The position numbers and the translations under genes were made by a program. A stretch of DNA of 64,000 nt. Source: Octopus vulgaris (Eukaryota). The notes below the pieces were generated by a model. It saw only the letters and a list, made by a program, of their open reading frames with translations. It was not told where the DNA came from and ran no database searches. The stretch covers positions 21,886,001-21,950,000 of the forward strand of contig OX597837.1 of the NCBI GenBank assembly GCA_951406725.2, in the 5' to 3' direction. Each line of letters opens with the position of its first letter. The stretch's first letter is position 1. Shown in pieces: positions 37,054 to 49,190 of this stretch.

Positions 37054-37281
37054 TTTGTTCCTCACCACTGCTTGACAACCAGTATTGAAGTGTTTATGCC
37101 CTCATAACTTAGTGCTTCAGCAAAAGAGACTAACAGAATAAGTACTAAGCTTGAAGAAAAGAAAAAAAAAATACTTGGGTCAATTCATATGACTAAAATT
37201 CTTCAAACTTCTTCAAGGCAATGCTCCAGCATGGCCACAGTTGAATGCCTGAAACAGGTGAAAGGATGAAAGAGTAAAAGA
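36537..37281 (+). mobile_element. SINE family A plus a tandem second 3' half
   Basis: A full copy at 36537-37001 followed by a 3' half at 37040-37281. Confidence 0.85.
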
Positions 37282-37660
37282 TATCTCTCACACCTTTATA
37301 TATCTCACAGAAAATAAATGAATCTCAGTCGGAATTTCTGACTGCACGAGTTTTTCCCTTGTTTCTTTAACTGAACAACTGGTTCACTGAATTAGCACAT
37401 GAATGACCGAATATTCCACAGACTAGTGTGCTTCTAATGTAATCTTTGACCAGGGTCAACATGACACAGCGTGTGACCAAGACGAATCACAGGTGCAGTC
37501 GCTAGACCAGACATCCAAATAATTTCTATCCACCCAATTTCATTCACAAGGCCTCAGTTTATCCAAAGCTATGGTGAATATGCCACTTGCACAACATTCC
37601 ATGGTTCTGAGTTCAAATCTTGCCAAATTTGACTTCATATTTTATTCTGTCATTCCCTTT

Positions 37661-38043
37661 TCTCTTTTACTCTTTTACTTGTATCAGTCACGTGACTGTG
37701 GCCATGCTGGAGCACCACCTTTAGTTGAGCAAATCGACCCCAAGACTTATTCTTTGGAAGCCTAGTATTTATTCTATCGGTCTCTTTTGCCGAACCGCTA
37801 AGTTACAGGGACGTAAACACACCACCATCGGTTGTCAAACGATGTTGGGGGGACAAACACAGACACACAAACATACACACACATATATATATATATATAC
37901 ATATATACAACGGGCTTGCTTCAGTTTCCGTCTACCAAATCCACTCACAAGGCTTTGGTTGGCCTGAGGCTATAGTAGAAGACACTTGCCCAAGTTGCCA
38001 CGCAGTGGGACTGAACCTGGAACCATGTGGTTGGTAAGCAAGC
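37661..38043 (-). mobile_element. SINE family A, near full length
   Basis: Family A motifs. Confidence 0.9.
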
Positions 38044-38394
38044 TGATTCTATCATCATTGGCAAAACTTTGAAGTCACAGTCAGAATCCAAATCCTTTTT
38101 GTATGGTAGACTGCCAGATTCAACATCATATTCCTTCATCCTTGGATTTCCTTAGCAGAATCCACTGTTGCAAGTATAGGCAGGAACCCACAAGCCATGG
38201 TTTCATTAGAGTGGTTGGTGTTCGGAAGGGCATCCAGCCATTAAAACCATGCCAAAACAAACACAGAAGTACAGTGCAGTTTCCTGCCTTGCCAGCTCTT
38301 GTAAAATGATCTAACCCATGCCAGCATGGAAGGAGGGCATTAAACGATAACGACAACAACAATGATGATGATGATGATATGTATGGATGCATGT

Positions 38395-38426
<32 letters not shown>

Positions 38427-38659
38427 ATTTGGAGGCAGTGGGGTGTAACCTTTTTTTTTTTTAAATATTTCTTATATATTTAATTTAAATTTGATACTTC
38501 GGAAATATCAGTTTTCAATTAGACAAATATATCAATTTGGAATGGTTTTCTGCTATTCCAAATTACTGCATTTAAAAGGTTCACCCACTTATGAGTAGAC
38601 TAAATGGCATTGCAAAGACACCCCCCCACACACACATATTTGTGTATAATATATAAATG

Positions 38660-38705
<46 letters not shown>

Positions 38706-38757
38706 TGTGTATGTATATGTGTGTGCGTATATGTATATATGTATGTGTGTACATGTA

Positions 38758-38806
<49 letters not shown>

Positions 38807-39334
38807 ACATGTATGTGTGTGTGTGTATATTTATGTATGTGTAGATGCAAACACTTTTATGTATATTAATGTGTAAGTGTGCATACATGTACGAATATAC
38901 ACCCAGATGCACAAACGCAAACACTCTGACACAGCCATGTCGGCAGTTGTTTTCATGTAATGGTGATAAAGATCTAATGTTTATATTAAACAACCAGTGA
39001 TCTGTTTACTTTCTGTAATAATAAGCTCACTAAAAAGCTACTTTGGACAGCGGGTGTTCACGACAACCAATATTATATACTACACATGGCTACTTATTGA
39101 AGAGAGAAAGGCAGAGGTGTAGGTGTTTAACTACTCTTTTTCATCTGACACTTCGCACATACAAGGTTTTTTTTCTCTTTTTCCGCTTTCTTTTTTGGCA
39201 TATTCCATAAGTAGGAGAGAGAGAGACAGACAGACAGACAGAGAAAGAGCTCACTTTTAGCTTTCAATGGTTTAACGGTAATTCAAGAGATAATTGAAAG
39301 TAAAAAGATAGAAAGAAAAAAAAAACTTGAATGA

Positions 39335-39383
39335 ATCTGTGCTGATGAGGCTTAATAAAGATGAAATGGGACCATACATGGAT
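39335..39383 (+). ncRNA. Minimal type-I hammerhead ribozyme motif
   Basis: ATCTGTG (stem I) - CTGATGA - GGCTT-AATA-AAGAT (stem II, imperfect) - GAAA - TGG-GA-CCA (stem III) - TA - CATGGAT (stem I'). Confidence 0.6.
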
Positions 39384-39649
39384 GTTCTGGTAATAATAAA
39401 GGATCCTATGACAAAACATGGATGCTCTTCTTATTTTCCCTCCACTGAAAGAAAAAAAAAAACAACCAAAACTTGAAAACTAGAAAAAAACTAAAAAGCA
39501 ATAATGATTCTCTCTCCTGAAAGCACATAGATTCTCCCTTCCTTTCTCTCTCTCTCTCTCTCAGCAATAATGGCACGTGTAACAATTCATCAGATGTTAT
39601 TGCCAAAATGATTATTTCAAATTTGAAGCTGTGAAACAGAAACAGTTTC

Positions 39650-40255
39650 ATCATCAATATCATCATCATTGTCTTACATCCGCTTTCCATGCTGGCATGG
39701 ATTGGACGGTTTGACTGAAAACTGGTAAGCTAGGGGGCTGCACCAGGTTCCAGAAGGTTTCTACGGCTGCATGCCCTTCCTAACACCAACCACTCCAAGA
39801 GTGTAGAGGGTGCCATTGATGTGACACCAGCATTGGCCCCACAACTACAACCTCATTTTCAAAATGGAAAATAAGTAGTTTGATACCAGTGCACATACAA
39901 GAATATGCTATATTAACAAAAAGTTACAAGCCCCCATTCCCACCTTACACTTTGAGGAGAATCTTGGGCTGACCAAAGCCTTATGAGTGAATTTGGTAGA
40001 CAGAGACTTAAAGAAGGCCATCGTATCATCATTATTTAGCATCTGCTTTCCATGCTGGCATGAGTTGGACAGTTCAACTGGTGTCTGGGAAGCCAGAAGG
40101 CTGCACCAGGCCCAGTCTGATCTGGCAATGTTTCTACAGCTGGATGCCCTTCCTAACGCCAACCACTCCGTGAGTGTAGTGGGTACTTTTTACGTGCCAG
40201 ACGAGGCTGGCAAATGGCCACAATCGGATGGTGCTTTTTACGTGCCACCGGCACG
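39650..40255 (-). mobile_element. Two RTE-3'UTR-type retroposons (39650-39830, 40022-40255)
   Basis: (CAT)n tails on the plus strand and GGATGCCCTTCCTAAC-type motifs. Confidence 0.75.
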
Positions 40256-40697
40256 ATGTATATGTATGTTTGTGTGTGTTTGTACCCCCGCTGTCATATG
40301 ACAACTAATGCTGGTATGTTTACATGCCCGTAACTTAGCAGTTTGGCAAAGGAGATCAATAGAATAAGTACTAGGTTTACAAAGAATACGTCCTGGGGGC
40401 GATTTCTCTGTCTAAAACCCTTTAAGGCAGAGCTCCAGCATGGCTGCAGTCAAATGACCAAAACAAGTAAAAGAACAAAAGAATAAATTTCCAGGATTCA
40501 AGAGAGTCAGGTGCTCAAATGGTGCTCAGGTCGGTGATAGCAATATCTTTCAGTTTCCATCTGTCAAATCCACTCAAAAGGCTTTGGTCAGCCTGAGGCT
40601 ATGGTAGAAGACACTTGCCCAAGGTGCCATGCAGTGGGGCTGAACCCAGAACCATGTGGTTAGGAAGTAAGCTTCTTACAACACAGCCACGCCTGCA

Positions 40698-40730
<33 letters not shown>

Positions 40731-40808
40731 ATCATTGCACAGAAGTATGAAGAACAGTACAGAAACACAATAGATACACACACACATACACATGTTAATC
40801 AGCAAAAA

Positions 40809-41238
40809 TACACAACTTTCACAAGCCAATGTGCAAGATTCTATATAGCCACTCAACCGAATAGAAATAGCAACCGAATCTCCCTCAAATCACATCCTAC
40901 CATCTCAAACACGAAACTACACAACTTTCATAAGCCAATGTGGGAGATTCTTCATAGAATTTCAACTGACTTGAAATAGCAGCCAAATCTCCCTCAAATC
41001 ACATCTTACCATCTTAAACACTAAACTACACAACTTTCATAACCCAATGTGGGAGATTCTACGTAGTCTTTCAACTGACTTGAAATAGCAGCCAAATCTC
41101 CCTCAAACACATCCTACCATCTTGAACACTAAACTACACAACTTTCACAAGCCAATGTGGGAGATTCTACATAATTTTTCAACTGACTTGAAATAGCAGC
41201 CAAATCTCCCTCAAAAAAAAAAATCTTACCATCTAAAC
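40809..41238 (+). repeat. Tandem array of 4 units of ~109 bp
   Basis: TACACAACTTTCA starts at 40809, 40918, 41027 and 41135. Confidence 0.95.
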
Positions 41239-41865
41239 AAAAAGTTCATGGAGAATGTGAACCTAGGCTTCCTGCTATTAATAGATAAAAAAAAAAGGTT
41301 GGTTATGGCTGGAATGCCTTTGGTCATAGAACTGTTCAATCAAGGCTCATAGAACTGTTCAACTCTCACACACACACAGATTATGTACACATGCACACAC
41401 ACAACAACAATATTTATTAATTTTTTTTCTTACACTGACCAGATTTTTCTGATTTTCGTCAGGAAATAGTGTTGTTGCATCATTCTTAAGAATTCATTAA
41501 TTATGCAGTGCATGGAATGGCTGTCAACACTGCCAGATTGTTCCTTTTTTTTCTTCTTTTTTATAACATGTATGTGGTGGTAGTGGTGTTGGTGGCAGGG
41601 AGTGCAGATACATAAACTCAGACATACCTGCAGGAAAAAGGTGGAAGCCAAAATATGCACACACACACACACACACACACACATTAAACGGACAATCATA
41701 TAAACATGCATGTGAAATGTAGACATGTGCATGCACACAAACATACACATAGGAACTTGAAACATTTCTTAACATATATAGCCATATATGTAGATACACA
41801 AAAGTACCATCATGCTGACATATAGCTCCATAGTCATACATTTATGCATGCATACTATACAGCTA

Positions 41866-41935
<70 letters not shown>

Positions 41936-42389
41936 TCACAAATCTGAACATAAAAATAAAGTATTAGATGCACGCACACACCATAACTTTATAAACAGAC
42001 ACATATATATATATATATATGCAAACACATACATACATATATATCCACACACATAACCACACATATACAAACATACATATATATACATCAACACATACAC
42101 ACCCACACACATCATGTAAACATATAGCTCCATAGTCATACATTTATGCATGCATACTATACAGCTAAAATATACATACACACACACTCACAAATCTGAA
42201 CATACAAATAAAGTATTACACGCATGCACACACCATAAATTTATAAACATACACATATGCAAACACATACATACATATACACGTATATATACTCACATAT
42301 ATATCCACACACAAACACACACATATATATACTCACATATATATCCACACACAAACACACACACACACACACATATATATCCACACACA

Positions 42390-42421
<32 letters not shown>

Positions 42422-42431
42422 CCACACACAA

Positions 42432-42480
<49 letters not shown>

Positions 42481-42843
42481 TCAACACATACACACACATA
42501 TACATACACACATACAAACACACACTGCATTTTATATTCAAACCATGTTCAGAACAGTTTTCTGAATGTACTTTTATTTCTATAGAGATTAAAGTATTCT
42601 ACAGGCACATGTATACAAACAGGCTCATATATGCACTCGCTTGCACACACAAACACACACAAAGAGGCTTACTCACAAACACTCACACACAGTCATCGTA
42701 CAAATATCTTTAGTCATGTAAAAAACAGACACTACTCTGACCACATCTCTGCTGTGTTTACACACAAACACATAACGACAGTTAAAGCCATTTTTGCAAT
42801 AGACAGCTTTGCATACATGGGCATACATACAAAACTGTGCGTA

Positions 42844-42888
<45 letters not shown>

Positions 42889-43075
42889 ATGAGTGTATGC
42901 ATTATTAGGAACAGGTTGTGAGAATTTTGCCGAATATGTCATCAGGTATGACAAGCGAGATTTTTAATTTGCATAAAATGTGTTTTTGCTAATTACTCGA
43001 TAATTTCAACTCTAACACACACACACACACACACAGATTATGTACACATGCACACACACACATATATATATATAT

Positions 43076-43146
43076 ACTCTTTACTCTTTTACTTGTTTCA
43101 GTCATTTGACTGCGGCCATGCTGGAGCACCACCTTTAGTCGAGCAA

Positions 43147-43185
<39 letters not shown>

Positions 43186-43344
43186 CACGATGGGCTTCTT
43201 CCAGTTTCCGTCTACCAAATCCACTCACAAGGCTTTGGTTGGCCCAAGGCTATAGTATAAGACACTTGCCGAAGGTGCCACACAGTGGGTTGAACCCAGG
43301 ACCATATGGTTGGTAAGCAAGCTACTTACCACACAGCCACTCCT
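43076..43344 (-). mobile_element. SINE family A with internal deletion
   Basis: The tail is joined directly to the internal microsatellite. Confidence 0.85.
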
Positions 43345-43364
43345 GGCAATCTATTGGTGATGAG

Positions 43365-43662
43365 GGCCCCAGCTGATTTGAATCAACCTAACAGCCTGCT
43401 CATGATATTAATGTGCAAGTGGCTGAGTCCTCCATAGACACATGTACCTTTACTTTCAGGGAGATTCAGAGATTCACCATAACACACAGAATGTGACAAA
43501 GCTGGCCAACTGAATTACATGTACTATTCATTTTTGCGAGCAGAGTGAATTGGAGCAACATGAAATAAAGTGTCTTGCTCAAGGATACAATGTACCACAT
43601 TGAATTTAACTCCCAATCTTATGATCATGAGCTGAATACCCTAACCACTAAACCAGGCACCT
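43365..43662 (-). mobile_element. SINE family C
   Basis: Reverse match to 19255-19550. Confidence 0.75.
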
Positions 43663-43832
43663 TCGCACACACATAGACAAACTCATGCAGCCAGACATAG
43701 TTGTGTAGTTAAGAGGTTCACTGTCCAATCATCTATCTTTGGGTTTAGTTCCACTGCACAGAACTTTAGTCAAGTGTTCTGAGGCTGACCGAAGTCTGTG
43801 GGTAGGTTTGGAAGATGGAAACTAAAAGAAGC

Positions 43833-43879
<47 letters not shown>

Positions 43880-44205
43880 ACCTCAGCAGAATTTGAACTC
43901 AAAATGTAAAGACTGGTAAAATGCCGCTAATCATTTTGCCAGTGAATTAATGATTCTGCCAGCTCACTGCCATCCAGAAATATTTCAAACAGTATCAGAG
44001 TCAGTACACAAGTCAGCCTCACTTCAGTAACAACTAGAAAGGAGGCAAGCTGTTGCTCTAAAGATATTGCGACAAATACCAGTGTATCATCCAGAGTATC
44101 AGATGTTGTCATTCACCACTGGTTACTGTACATTTCTGCACATTGTTGTAGCTTTTGAATGATGCCACCCTGATGACTAAGCAGGTAGGTGCAAATTAGG
44201 TGCAA

Positions 44206-44432
44206 AGGCAGTGAGCTGGCAGAATCGTTAGCACACCGGGTGAAATGCGTAGCCGTATTTCCTCTGCCGTTACGTTATGAGTTCAAATTCCGCCGAGGTC
44301 GACTTTGCCTTTCATTCGGGGTCGATAAATTAAGTACCAGTTACGCACTGGGGTCGATGTAATCGACTTAATCCGTTTGTCTGTCCTTGTTTGTCCCCTC
44401 TGTGTTTAGCCCCTTGTGGGTAATAAAGAAAT
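44206..44432 (+). mobile_element. Young SINE family B, full length, ~15-bp TSD
   Basis: CpG-rich intact copy; AGGTAGGTGCAAATT at about 44183 and 44433. Confidence 0.9.
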
Positions 44433-44614
44433 AGGTAGGTGCAAATTACCCCTGCATGGAATGCCAGTCCCTTGCAGGGTTAGCCATTTACAGTCAAATG
44501 GGCCAAAACAATGTGAAATGAAGTGTTTTGCTCAAGAACACTATGCACCACTGATATAGGAATCAAACCCATGACCTGGTGACCATGAGTGCAACACCCT
44601 GACCACTAGGCCAT

Positions 44615-45300
44615 TGCTTGACCTTCTCCACAAATTTGTCTGACAACTCATATTTGGGCAGAATCCATAAGTCCTCTCTTCCCACATTTTTAAAAGCCTT
44701 TGTAAAGTCAAAGAATAGAATGAAACGTGGGATATGCCATTGATAGCGCTTTTTTGATTTTGTCATGAGATAAAAATCATAATGTTGGAGCAAGATCTTC
44801 ACTGGATTCCAGGAAGAATTTACTTGAGTATTTTTTGTGATTACCGAAGCAGTAATTCTTTTGAATTTTCCTGGCAATTGAGAAAAGAGAAATTCCACTT
44901 GTAAATGATGACTATCTGTGCATCATCAAACTGCTGGAGAAGGTTACTACATTGCCATTCTCTAAAGAATTGGAGAAGTCTACAATACAATAATTGCTTC
45001 CCATTATATTTATAGCCTTCTTTAAGAGTGCTGACAACACCAGCAGCTTTCCCCAGTTTTGGCTCACAGATTGTAGTTACTAGTTCCTCTATATTTGGTT
45101 ATAGATCTAAACTGCTGTCTTCCTTCCAGAAGCTGTTGGATACATTCCAGAGCCTCACAAGAAACTTAAGGGTTGGTACAGAAGCTAAAATGTTTCTGCC
45201 AGTGCTTCATAATATAACTTTTTCTTGGTGTAGATGTGAGCAGCCATCCTTAAACTTCATCAATAATAATGCTCAAAACCTGAGTAGGTTTGTGTATACA
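44615..45300 (-). mobile_element. Decayed RTE (BovB-like) reverse-transcriptase fragment
   Basis: ILFFDFTKAFKNVGREDLWIL..KYELSDKFV resembles the RT motif FxDFxKAFDxVxRxxLW. Upstream fragments include KLGKAAG and DAQIVIIYK. Confidence 0.8.
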
Positions 45301-45437
45301 TATTAATTTGTGAAGGCACATGGCATAATGGTTAGGGTGTTGAGATTACAATCATAAGAAAGTTACTTTGGCACCTCGACTGGGCATTGTGTCCTTGAGC
45401 AAGGCACATCATTTTATGTTATTCCACTCTTCTTAAG

Positions 45438-45555
45438 GGCCTCCGTTGGTCATGGCTGACCATGGATGATGTCATCTGTCCATTGAGTTGTCTATTCAGT
45501 TTTTGCAATGCCTCCTGTGGCTGTAGAGACCGATGCGAGAGTGGCAGACTCAGAC
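45438..45555 (-). mobile_element. RTE LINE extreme 3' end
   Basis: Minus translation CHSRIGLYSHRRHC, then CCATGGTCAGCCATGACCAACGGAGGCC. Confidence 0.75.
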
Positions 45556-45557
45556 AA

Positions 45558-45720
45558 ATGAATTTTGGAAGAGGGACCTCGCAAGTCTACCAGATAGATG
45601 GAAGAGCATTGTAGAAAATGAAGGAGAGTATATTTTAGATTAAAAAAGAACTTTGTTTACCTCAATTTTAAAAAATAAAAGAAGTACAAAAAAAATGCAT
45701 TATTTATGGGATGACCAAAT
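45558..45720 (+). mobile_element. mariner 3' end (transposase C-terminus plus right TIR)
   Basis: FWKRDLASLPDRWKSIVENEGEYILD*, then GCATTATTTATGGGATGACCAAA followed by TA. Confidence 0.85.
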
Positions 45721-46517
45721 ATATATATGATGGGCTTCTTTCAGTTTCCGTCTACCAAATTCACTCACAAGGCTTTGGTCAGCCCGAGGCTACAATAGAA
45801 GACACTTGCCCAAGGTGCCATGCAGTGGGACTGAACCTAGAACCATGTAGTAGGGAAGCAAGCTTCTTACCACAAAGCCATGCCTACACCTATTACTTAT
45901 TTATTCACATTGTTTTGAATTAATCTCACATTATATTTTGTAGCTTCAAGAGTTCAAAGGTGTCATCATCATCATCATTCAACGTCCATGACAACCCCAT
46001 TGGAATGATGATGATGATGATGATATCATTGGAATCTTGAAACTACAAGGTAATGTGTGATTAATTCAAATGTGTTTGCATATTTTTAGAATGACATTGT
46101 AGGGTAAGTGTGAAAGGTTGAATCTGGGCAGTTTTAACATAAAACAAGTAGGATATGGCCAGATTAAATGCTACAGGGTTAAAGATGCCTTCACTAATAA
46201 AATCAGAGGATTCAATATCTTTTGTTTTTTACTTGTTTCAGTCATTAGACTGTGGCCATGCTGGAGCACTGCATTGAAAAATTTTAGCTGAACAGATTGA
46301 CTTCAGTACTGATGTCTTTTAAAGCTTGGTACTTACTCTATTGGTCTCTTTCGCTGAACTGCTAAGTTATGGTGATGTAAACAAACCAACACTGGTCGTC
46401 AAGTGGGGGTGGGGGACAAATACAGACATAAAGACACCCCCTCCCACAGATACATACATTTCTGCAATGGTGGTGGTGGTGGTAGTAGTAGTGATTGTAA
46501 TGGTAGTAGGAGTGATG

Positions 46518-46752
46518 GTGGCAGCGAGCTGGCAGAAACGTTAGCACGCCAGGCGAAATGCTTAGCGGTATTTCGTCTGCCGTTAAGTTGTGAGTTCAAA
46601 TCCCACTGAGGTCGACTTTACCTTTCATCCTTTCGGGGTCGATACATTAAGTACCAGTTATGCACTGGGGTCGATGTAATTGACTTAATACCTATGTCTG
46701 TCCTTGTTTGTTCCCTCTGTGTTTAGCCCCTTGTGGGTAATAAAGAAATAGG
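46518..46752 (+). mobile_element. Young SINE family B inserted in a (GGT/AGT)n tract
   Basis: Intact copy with trinucleotide low-complexity sequence on both sides. Confidence 0.9.
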
Positions 46753-47234
46753 TGGTGGTAGGAGTCATGGCTGTGGTGATCATAGATGCCGTAGTAGTTG
46801 TGGTAATAGTAGGAATGGTAGTGGTAGTGATAGTAGTGGTGGTGGTTGTCGGTGTAATAGTGTCATTTGTGTGAAAGGCAGTAGTTTAGTAATAATGGTT
46901 AACCAATTTTTGTGGATGACTGTTGATGCATTTTGCTGTTAATGTCTTGATAAAAACTGATTTCCTCAAAGCTGTAAGAAATGATAAAGATATCTGTCCT
47001 CCACGTCGTGTGTGGGTGCGTGTGTTTTGTAAACTTTGATATGCAATCAGCTGCAATGACATAAACACATGCACAAACACACACACAAAGTGCATTATAC
47101 AGGGAAAATGTGTGCTAGAACATCATACATTGTTCAGGAGACAAAGACTGAATCTCTAACACACGTACACAAAACCCTGCCACACCAGTCTTTTTCTCAT
47201 ACGCAAACAGCTACACCTAGTGAACTCACTAGGT

Positions 47235-47315
47235 GTAGAGAGAGAGAGAGGAGAAAATAGAGAGGGTAAGAGAGGGTCAGAGAAGGAGAGAGAGAGAGGG
47301 GGTGAGATAGAGAAG

Positions 47316-47346
<31 letters not shown>

Positions 47347-47735
47347 TATATAGAAAGAGAGTCGAGGAGGAGTAGAGAGTTAGAGGTGGAGAGAGATATA
47401 CAGAGGGGAGAGAAATATGTAGAGAGTGGGAGAGACAGAGGAGAGAGATGGAGAAAGGGAGAGCTATAGAGAGGGGTAAAATAGAGAAAGAAAGGGAGTA
47501 ACAGAGATAGAGAGATAGAGTGGAGAAGGAGGGGAGAGTTAGAGGGGAGAGAGCTATACAAAGGAGAGAGAGATATGTAGAGAGTGAGAGAGACAGGGGA
47601 GAGAGATAGAGAGAGGGAGAGCTATAGAGAGGGGTAAACAGAGAAAGAAAGGGAGTAACAGAGATAGAGAGATAGAGGGGGAGAGAGATAGAATGGGGAT
47701 AAAGAGATAGAGAGTGGGGGAGGTGAAAGAGAGAG
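47235..47735. repeat. Polypurine tract containing a ~158-bp tandem duplication
   Basis: GAGCTATAGAGAGGGGTAAA at 47461 and 47619; ATATGTAGAGAGTG is also repeated. Confidence 0.85.
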
Positions 47736-47972
47736 ACAACTTTTAAGTAATTATTCTTGTCTGACATGTTAGAAACAGCATCTAAGTTCAGATCAAATCC
47801 TACGCAAATGTCTCAAAAGCAAAGGAAGTAAACATTTGATACAGTAAACTATGTCTTAGAAGAAAATCTCAAAAATTCTGCTGAATGAGGGCTGATTATG
47901 GGTTAATTTGATCAGGTTGACCTTTTAACATCTAAACCAACAATATCCAGCCCAAATATTCTATCAGTTTAA

Positions 47973-48623
47973 TCCTTTAGCGCTTAAACCATCCATATCC
48001 AGCCCAGATATTCTATCAGTTTTATGTTCAAACCAGTCAGATCCAGCGTCTCACACTTACCCAACAATGTCATTCTAAAAATAAACAATCACAGCATTAG
48101 AAATTTGAAGCTAAGAGATAATGCATGATTAATTTTAAAAAATGGGATTTTAAAAAATCAGCCTCGTCTGGCACCTGTGTCGGTGGCACATAAAAAACAC
48201 CATCCGAGCGTGGCCGTCTGCCAGCCTCATCTGGCACCTGTGTCGGTGGCACATAAAATCACCCACTACACTCTCGGAGTGGTTGGCGTTAGGAAGGGCA
48301 TCCAGCCGTAGAAACACTGCCAGATCTGACTGGCCTGGTGCAGCCTTCGGGCTTGCCAGACCCTAGTTGAACCGTCCAACCCATGCTAGCATGGAAAGCG
48401 GACGTTAAACGATGATGATGATGATTTAACAGGAATCTGGATGCCAAAGGGTCAATGTTCAAACTGGCCAGATCCAGCCTCTCATACCTGCCCTACAATA
48501 TCATTCTAAAAATAAACAATTACATCATCAAAATCTTGAAGCTGCGGGATAATGCACGATTGATTCAGAGCAATGTAAGTAGATATGCATTATATTTGGT
48601 AGAGAAATCTGAATGCTAAAGGG
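47973..48623 (-). mobile_element. Two adjacent piggyBac-type MITE copies with a nested GAT-tail retroposon (48158-48424)
   Basis: TTAA|TCCTTTAGC ... GAATGCTAAAGGG|TTAA. Confidence 0.75.
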
Positions 48624-48806
48624 TTAAAGAACAACTAGAATAAGAAATTCCATACAAAGAGTTTCCATGTCTCCAACGAAGTCCCTTCTGAAATCTATAG
48701 CTCCTAACTTACAGAATCATAATATGATTGAGCTGGGCTGGGGTTTTGACTTGAATATTTTCAACAAGATGCTAAGAATTAACTTGTAAAAAAAAAAAAT
48801 TTTCTT

Positions 48807-49190
48807 AGGTGCAGTTGTAGCAGTGTAGTAAAAAGCTTGTTTCCCAACCACATGGTCCTGGGTTCAGTCCCACTGCACGGCACCTTGGGCAAGTGTCTTC
48901 TATTTTAGCTCCAGATCAACCAAAGCCTTGTGAGTGAACTTGGTAGAAAGAAACTGAAAGAAGCCCTTTAAATGTGTGTGTGTGTCTGTATGTATTTGTT
49001 TGTCCCTCACCACCACATAACTGGTGTTGGTGTGTTTACAACCCCTGTAACTTCAGCAAAAGAGACCAAGACAATAAGTACCAGGCTTCAAAGGAAAAAG
49101 TACTGGGGTTGATTCATTCGACTAAAATTCTTCAAGGCGGTGCCCCAGCATGGCCGCAGTCTGATGACTGAAACAAGTAAAAGATAAAGG
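48807..49190 (+). mobile_element. SINE family A (diverged)
   Basis: Family A motifs. Confidence 0.8.

Noticed and set aside
40809-41238. CRISPR-like appearance of the regular array
   Set aside because: The whole unit is repeated with no unique spacers, there are no cas genes, and the context is eukaryotic.
44615-45555. A single RTE element joining the RT fragment and the 3' end
   Set aside because: On the minus strand the 3' end lies upstream of the RT fragment, so they are not colinear and are treated as separate insertions.
46888-46971. Additional minus-strand exon candidate (tttcttacag|CTTTGAGG...)
   Set aside because: The acceptor is good but there is only a weak GTTAAC donor, which is insufficient support.
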